Assembly: GCA_043228905.1 (NCBI GenBank)
Contig: JBHGNT010000020.1
Coordinates: 6,262,001-6,326,000, forward strand
Reading direction: 5' to 3'
Source: Azolla caroliniana
Taxonomy: Eukaryota > Plantae > Polypodiophyta
DNA length: 64,000 bases
The position numbers and the translations under genes were made by a program. Positions 57,230-64,000 of the stretch are shown in pieces. Position 1 is the first letter of the stretch. Each line of letters begins with the position of its first letter. The notes under the pieces were generated by a model. The model worked only from the letters and a program-made list of their open reading frames with translations, did no database searches and was not told the origin of the DNA.

Positions 57230-60200
57230 CTTCGTGGTTGACAACGCAACCGTCTTCTGCAACCTCGACTGCCACGAAACAGCTCCCCCTGCATATGTCA
57301 TTACATACCCGGATGTAGACCGTCTGGTATCCACATCAACCAACATGTCCGAATCAGTAAAACTGTCAAGTTAAGGTTTACGGGAGCCGAATCGGAGACA
57401 CATATTCGAAGTGCCCTTCAAGTATCGGAGTATCCATTTGACCGCGTTCCAGTGCTCCTTGCCGGGATTGCTCATAAACCGGCTCACCACTTCGACTGCA
57501 TATCCAATATCCGGTCGAGTACACACCAATGCGTACATTAAGCTCCCGGCGGCAGAAGCATATGGAACCTTCATCATATTTTCCTTCTCTGCTTTCGTCT
57601 TCTGGCTTTGCTTACCGGATAATCTGCAGTTTGTCGGGAGTGTCGATCCGACCGGTTTCGCTTCTAACATGTTGAACCGCTGAAGCACCTTTGTCACGTA
57701 TTTCTCCTATGACAACCACAATTGCTTCTTTGACCGGTCCCGGATGATGTGCATCCCCAATATTTGTCTTTCCGGGCCCAAGTCTTTCATTGCGAAGGTT
57801 CGATTGAGAGCCTTCTTCAGCATCTGTATTTTGGCTGGGTCCCGTCCGACGATCAACATGTCGTCCACGTACAGAAGGAGTATCAGGAAGTCACCTCCTT
57901 CGAACTTCTTTACAAACACACAATGATCAGTTTGCGTTTTGTGATACCCTTGTTTGGTCATGAAGGAGTCAAACTTCCGGTACCATTGTCGGGGAGCCTG
58001 CTTCAATCCATACAGGCTCTTCTTCAACTGGCAAACCAGGTGCTCCTTCCCTTTCTCCACGAATCCTTCCGGTTGCTACATGTGGATCTCCTCTTCGAGG
58101 TCACCGTGAAGGAATGCTGTCTTCACGTCGAGCTGCTCTACCTCGAGGTTCATACTTGCTGCTATACTCAACACCGTTGGGATGGAAGTCATCTTTACTA
58201 CCGGGGCAAATATCTCGTCGAAGTCCACACCCTTCTTCTACTGGAACCCCTTCACCACGATCCTGGCTTTGTATCTCGGGGGTTTGCCGGCATCTCCCAG
58301 TTTCAACTTGTACACCCACTTATTTTGGAGTGCCCGCTTTTCTTTCAGCAACTCCACCAATTCATACGTATGGTTCTCATGCAGGGAATCCATCTCATCC
58401 TGCATGGCACTTAACCATTTGTGGCAGTGGGTGTCATCCTTTGCTTCTTCGAAGCTTTCCGGCTCTCCCTCATCGGTTAGCAGCACATGCTCTACATCCA
58501 GAAATCTCCGGGGGGCCCTTCTCTCTCTGAGAGGATATCTCCTTCTTTGGCCTTCGGCAACCGGCTCCACTATTTGTTCTTCATCCGAAGCCGATTCGGG
58601 GTCTTGGCCGGTTCCGATTTCAGCTTCCTCTACTTCTTCTTCTGCCGGTTCGGTATCCTCACGGTAACCGGCTGGTTCCTCGAGTGTCAACTGGCTCTTA
58701 GCTGGGTGGGTCCGAATCTCATCGGAGTTCATTATCTTCTTCTCCGACTCCCAGTTGGCAAGAGTCTTGTCCTCCATGAAGATAATATCTCGGCTCCGGA
58801 AAGCCTTCTTGTCAATCGGATCCCACAATCGATAGCCGAACTCATCATCACTGTATCCGAGGAATATGCATGGCCGGGTCTTTGGATCCAACTTTCCTCT
58901 CCGGTCCTTAGCTACATGCATGTACGCGAGACACCCGAACACCTTCAGATGCCAGTAGGACACTTCCTTACCGGTCCACACCTTCTACGGCGTGTCTCCA
59001 TCCAAGGGCACTGAGGGTGATCTGTTTATCACATACGTCACTGTCGACAGTGCCTTAGCCCAAAACTTCTTGGGTAGCTCAGCATGTGCTAGCATACTCT
59101 GGACCCTCTCCATTATGGTCCGGTTCATCCTCTCGGCTAGCCCATTTAGTTCCGGCGTCTTCGGCATGGTAAATTTGAGCCGGATTCCCTTCGAGTGGCA
59201 GTACTCCTCGAACTACCCCCGGTATTCACCTCCGTTATCTGCTCGAACAGCCTTCAGCTTCCGGCCGGATTCTCTTTCCACTCTTGCGTGGAGCTCCTTG
59301 AAGACGGATAACACCTGATCCTTCGTCTTCAACGGTGTGGCCCACAACCTCCTGTTGTGGTCATCTATGAACGTCACAAAGTACTGCGATCCTGCATGTG
59401 ACTTTGTGTCCACTTGACACACATCAGTATGCACCAACTCTAGTGGTGCATTACGTCTCATCGGTGTCCTTGATTGGAAGGAGGTCCGGTTTTGTTTACC
59501 GGCTAGGCAGTCGGTGCACCTCTCAAGATGCATGTTCTTTACTGGAATGAGGTTGTCATTGGCAAGCCTCTTCATCCCCTTCACGCTCATGTGACACAAT
59601 CTCTTGTGCCATAGCTCACCGGCAGTGTCGGAAGCCACGTTCACTTCTTCCGGGCATAACCGGGCATTCATCAGGTACAACGTGTTGACCTTCTGGGCCC
59701 GAGCCACAATCAGACTCCCTTTGCTGAACTTCATAACACCGTTCCGGATGCTACCCGTGTAGCCTTCATCATCTAGCCGACCGGCTGATATCAGGTTCAG
59801 TCGAACCTCTGGAACGTGTTGGACATCCTTCAGCAGCAGCTTGGATCCGGTTGGTGTTGTCAACCTCATGTCTCCTATGCCGACAATTCGGCATGTACTC
59901 TCATTCCCCATCTGGACACAACCGTGATCACCGACTTAGTAGGATGAGAAGCATTTGCGGTCCGAGGTAAGGTGGAACGACGCTCCGGAATCAACCACCC
60001 AGGTCATCTCGTCGCCGGCAAGGTTTAGCTCACTCTCCTCGGTGATGAGCATCAACTCATCTTCACTTGCCACAATTGCCGTCGTTCCCTTCCAGTCCGG
60101 CCCCCTTCGGTCTTTACCGTTTCGGTCCAGTGTCCGCTTCGAATCGGTACCGTCGGTTTCCTTGTCTTTTCGGAAGTGTCGTCAGTTCTTTTGGAAGTGT

Positions 60201-61335
60201 CCCAGCTTGCCGCAATAGAAGCAAGTAGGCCTCCCCTTTGACTTTGACCGTGTCCCCGACTTTTCCCGGTTCTGGGGACTACGGTTCCTTTGCCTTCCGT
60301 GTTCCGATTCGGTAAGGAGGGCTTTGGAGTCGGAGCTCGTATCCTTATCTCTCTGACGCACCTCCTCATCTAACAAGCTTGACTTCACTCTTGCTAGGGA
60401 TAACCGTTTCCCTTCTGGCCCGGCATTGCCCAAAGTGACGACCAACGTCTCCCAACTATCTGGGAGGGAACTGAGCAGGAGTAGTGCTAGTACCTCATCG
60501 GCGAGAGGTACTTCTAATGATGTTGCCTGGTGTATCAGCTCCTGGAAGGCATTCATGTGCTCCGCCATCTTGGAGCCATCTTGGTACCGGAGTCTTACTA
60601 GCTTTCGAAATACCGAAACCTGATTAACAACATTTTTGTTCTGAAACATAATGCCGATCTTCTGCCAGAGCTCATGAGCCTTGCTCTCTTCATTGACGTT
60701 GTTGTATAGACTCATGTCGATGAAGCACCGTATGTACGCCGTTGTCTTCATGTGCATCACCTCCCATATTGTGGCATCGATTTTGTCTGGTCTCTTGTTC
60801 CCGAACTGAACCGGCAACCAAAGATCTTTAACCACGAGCATGTCCCTCATCTTCGTCTTCCACACTGAATAGTTGGAGCCGGTGATATTGAACATGCATC
60901 CCAACGAATCGTCCATTTTTTTGTGTCGTTTCGCTCTGATACCAGTTTGAAAGGAATATGGTTTCCTAAGCTATGCTCGGCCACAACCGAGACGTTAGAT
61001 CAAGCACAGAAAACAGGGATGTGGTGAGATGTATCTACACACGAAATAGTAAAGAAGAGAGTGCACTAGATGTTAACATGGAAAACCCAAATATGGGAAA
61101 AACCACGGCAACCCTCAGATTGCAAAATATCACTATATCAAGATTACAACAATGGGGCACAGAGGCAACGACCTCTTGCTCCCTCGCTTCGCCACCAGGT
61201 GGTTACAACAGAGGCAACAACCTGTTCCTCTCTCTCTCTCTTCTTTGTACACAGTTCTGCTCTGAATTATCGCCACAACGATAATAACACAACCAACTCT
61301 ACATCATTAACTATTAAGTTTGCCCTAGGTCATAT

Positions 61336-62512
61336 TGTGGTGGTCACATGGACCACACCTAGATTAGGCCCCTACCAAGCCCCATGCACCACACATAGAC
61401 CACAGCCAAATTAGGCCCCTACCAAGCCTCATGCACCACACCCAAACTAGGCCCCCACCAAGCCCCATAATTAGTAGAGCTAATTGGAGCGGGAGAACAC
61501 CCTCCACGCTAAGAGAGAGTCTATAAAATGTAACTTGAGACATAATGAAAGGAAGGCTATTCTTGAGAGCATTTCACATCTTGGTGGAGAAGACGGGCCA
61601 AGCCACCCCAACTCACAACCCCAACAACGCCCGCCACGATGCAACACGACAACAACGACGGCAACGCAAACTCGATGAATCCGGAATTCCTACAACACAA
61701 TCAAGGACACCAGCCCACATCGCCAATCGACCAACTGGTTCAAGCTCTGTCCAACATCATTTTACAAGTTAACCATACTAACCAAGCCATGTTGTCCTTT
61801 CTTTCAGCACGATCCGAGCCACAACAAAATCTCCCGGACTCTCGAGTTTGCCCAAAACCGTTCGCCGGCCTACCATCGGAAGACGTCCTCTCTTGGCTGG
61901 ATCATTTCGAAATGGTGGCCAGTTACCACCAGTGGCCACACCCTCGGAAGGCAATGGAGATGAAGACACTCCTCGAGAATATCGCGGCAACATGGCTTGT
62001 ACAACAACCCGAAGAGACACGCAACGACTGGGATCTATTACGGGCAGCCATGATTCGGAATTTTGCTCATCAAGACTCCCGCCAGACGGCCCTACAACAA
62101 CTTGAGTCAATTACCCAACAACCACGCGAACCCATCACCCAGTTCGCGGTTCGTTTTGTGCAGATCCTACGCCGGGCTGACGCCAACATGTCGGAGGACA
62201 TGAAGTTTTTTTTTTTCTAGCCGCGTATACGACATGACCTCCGCCGCCGTGTACGCGATCCAGGCCCGACGACACTACATGAAGCCATCCTCACTGCCCA
62301 ACGCATCGAAGCTGCAGACGCGCACGACATGCACACACCAGGTAATCTCAGTCATGATCATACAAACACTATACCAGCCGTCACTCCCATGGACATCGAC
62401 ATCCAGAACGCGCAGTTACGTGCCAAGCGTGCATTGCCCGAACGAGACAACCAGGGACGCCCCAAATGTTTCTACTGCAACAACTATGGCCACATTCGGC
62501 GTCACTGCCGAA
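61336..62512 (+). mobile_element. 5' part of a Ty3/gypsy element (element F): 243-bp LTR 61336-61578, PBS from 61582, gag with CCHC
   Basis: TGTGG...TCACA LTR with three TAGGCCCC(T)ACCAAGCC repeats and CTATAAAA. PBS TGGTGGAGA... (tRNA-Ala-like). Gag PKPFAGLPSEDVLSWLDHFE...TPMDID...CFYCNNYGHIRRHC. Confidence 0.85.
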
Positions 62513-64000
62513 TGTTACCGGCCGGCAAGGAGTCCAAAATACGGAGTGAAGGAATTAATTAGATATGGTTGTAAATGAGCAAAGTGTGGACGGGAATTAA
62601 TTAGATATGGTTGTAAATGAGCAAAGTGTGGACGGACGGACTGGAAACGGTATGCCGTTCCAGATCCGGACGGATCCCGAATAGGTGCGAGAGGCACCGT
62701 TTTGTACTACGGGCCGGAAACCTATTTAAAGGCCCGGACCCTATTGTAATGACAGCGGATAATTAGTAGAGCTTATGTTGTTTATACTTCTGTCTTGATT
62801 TCCGTTCTGTAATCACTGTTATATCTTACGCGTGTAATTAACCAAAGCAATCTAATAGTGTAACCCACGTAAGTCGGTGTAATCGTTGAATCTTAATCCT
62901 ATGCCGTAATCACCCTTTGGTGAAGTGTCTCCGTGACACCTTGTGTTAGGCCTTGTCCGGCTAAGAGAATAACACAGTTTTGGCGACCACGATTCCTGCT
63001 TTCCCGCAGCGAACGACGGTAATGGATGACTAGACCAACGCACGACTTGGTTACAGACCGAGCTCGACGTCTCGCAGAACGGCAAAGACGGCGTGAGACT
63101 TTCCAGCAAGCAGCGCAGGAAATTCGCTCGGATCGTTCGTTCTCCAACGAGATCCGGAGAGTCGCGGAGGAATCTCTCCGGTTACGGCAAACTCGCGACC
63201 AGGACGACGGAAGCAGTCTAAGTAGTCTCCGGGAAACCGAACGACTCCTGGAGGCGCTGGCAAGCGGAGAAAACGAGGCAGAAGCCTTTTCAGCCTACGA
63301 ATCGGATTCCGAAGGGGGATACAACGTGCACACGAACTACCGGAGCAGCAACGATACCCCCGGCGGCCCGGAAGACGACGGGTCGGATACCGTGCCGACT
63401 CCAGAACCGGAACCGCTCAACCAGGGCTATCCGGAACCGCAAACGGAAGCCGTCAACCCACCAACACCGGAAGTGGAAGAAGCAAAGCCACCAACACCAA
63501 CGAAAGAGCCGGCAAAAGAACCGGAAGAAGGACCGGCAGAAGAACCGGAAGTGGAACCGGAGAAAGAACCGGAAAAATATCAACAAACGCCACTAAACCG
63601 CGGCTTAATATTGGACGACGACATGCCGTTCCAATACTCAAAGTACCGCGATGATCCGGATGCGGAAGCGCATGTGGATGACTTCGAGCAGACATGGGAA
63701 GCAAATCACACGTCCCAGCGAATGACACCGGAGGAAGAAGAACGCTCGAAGATAGCGGAATTCGGAGTCACATTGGAGGGACCAGCGACACGATGGCGGC
63801 GGTCGCAGGACCCGGCAACCATCACAACATTTGCAGAATTAAAAGCAAAATTCTTGCATTTTTTCCACAAGGAGGTCGACCAGACGACAATGGTGGGCTT
63901 GTTTTATACGATCCGGCAGGAGGCAGGGGAAAGCATTCCCCAATTCGTCATCCGTTTCCAACGAATGCATAGCCAGCTTGCCCGTGCACCCCCGGAGGAG
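62513..64000 (+). mobile_element. 5' part of a Ty3/gypsy element related to element E (element G): LTR 62513-~62974/62976, PBS 62981-62990, gag running off the window
   Basis: TGTTA...TAACA(CA) LTR with a 42-bp tandem duplication (62551-62634) and CCTATTTAAAGG. PBS TGGCGACCAC (tRNA-Arg-like). Gag MPFQYSKY...WEANH...SKIAEFGVTLEG...FYTIRQ is homologous to element E gag MAFAYPRF...WNANH...SKMAEFGLTLDG...FYTIKQ. Confidence 0.85.

Larger units (their letters stand above)
47532..61335 (-). mobile_element. Decayed Ty1/copia element (copia-3, same internal family as copia-1): 3' LTR 47532-48120, pol end 48131-48323, body 57230-60916, PBS 60933-60944, 5' LTR 60948-61335 (interrupted)
   Basis: The two LTR parts align (TGAAAGGAATA...CCCTAGGTCATAT). 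PPT near 48123-48132. Gag MDDSLGCMFNITGSNY is nearly the same as in copia-1. Pol pieces are ORFs 59213-59911, 58238-58981, 57707-58060 and 57371-57697. Confidence 0.93.

Overview
Repeat-dominated eukaryotic DNA, most consistent with a non-seed land plant such as a fern or lycophyte (inferred from the retroelement lineages and host-gene style; not proven). There is one host gene, an intronless 3-ketoacyl-CoA synthase (KCS/FAE1 family, 23924-25738, +), in an AT-rich island. Two deep transposon nests flank it. Left nest (1-17.2 kb): copia remnants, a full-length decayed Tnt1/Tto1-like copia with a 5-bp TSD, and LTRs/pol of a fungal-style (Ylt1-like) gypsy family. Right nest (32.9-64 kb): a Tcn1-like chromovirus interrupted by a hAT-like element (which holds another Ylt1-like gypsy), by an intact young copia, and by an older copia that carries three further gypsy elements. 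Main observations: (1) a gypsy element has a tRNA-Arg primer-binding site in reverse orientation at the position where the polypurine tract should be (48765-48781), suggesting tRNA-based plus-strand priming or an antisense genome; (2) all five host junctions of the Ylt1-like family fall at ACGT/ACAT, suggesting sequence-specific integration with a 4-bp TSD; (3) LTRs of that family carry tRNA-like A/B-box modules and a 9 x 105-bp hairpin array; (4) a 923-codon non-env third ORF; (5) a capsid swap between copia relatives. All alignments were done by eye; no database searches were run.
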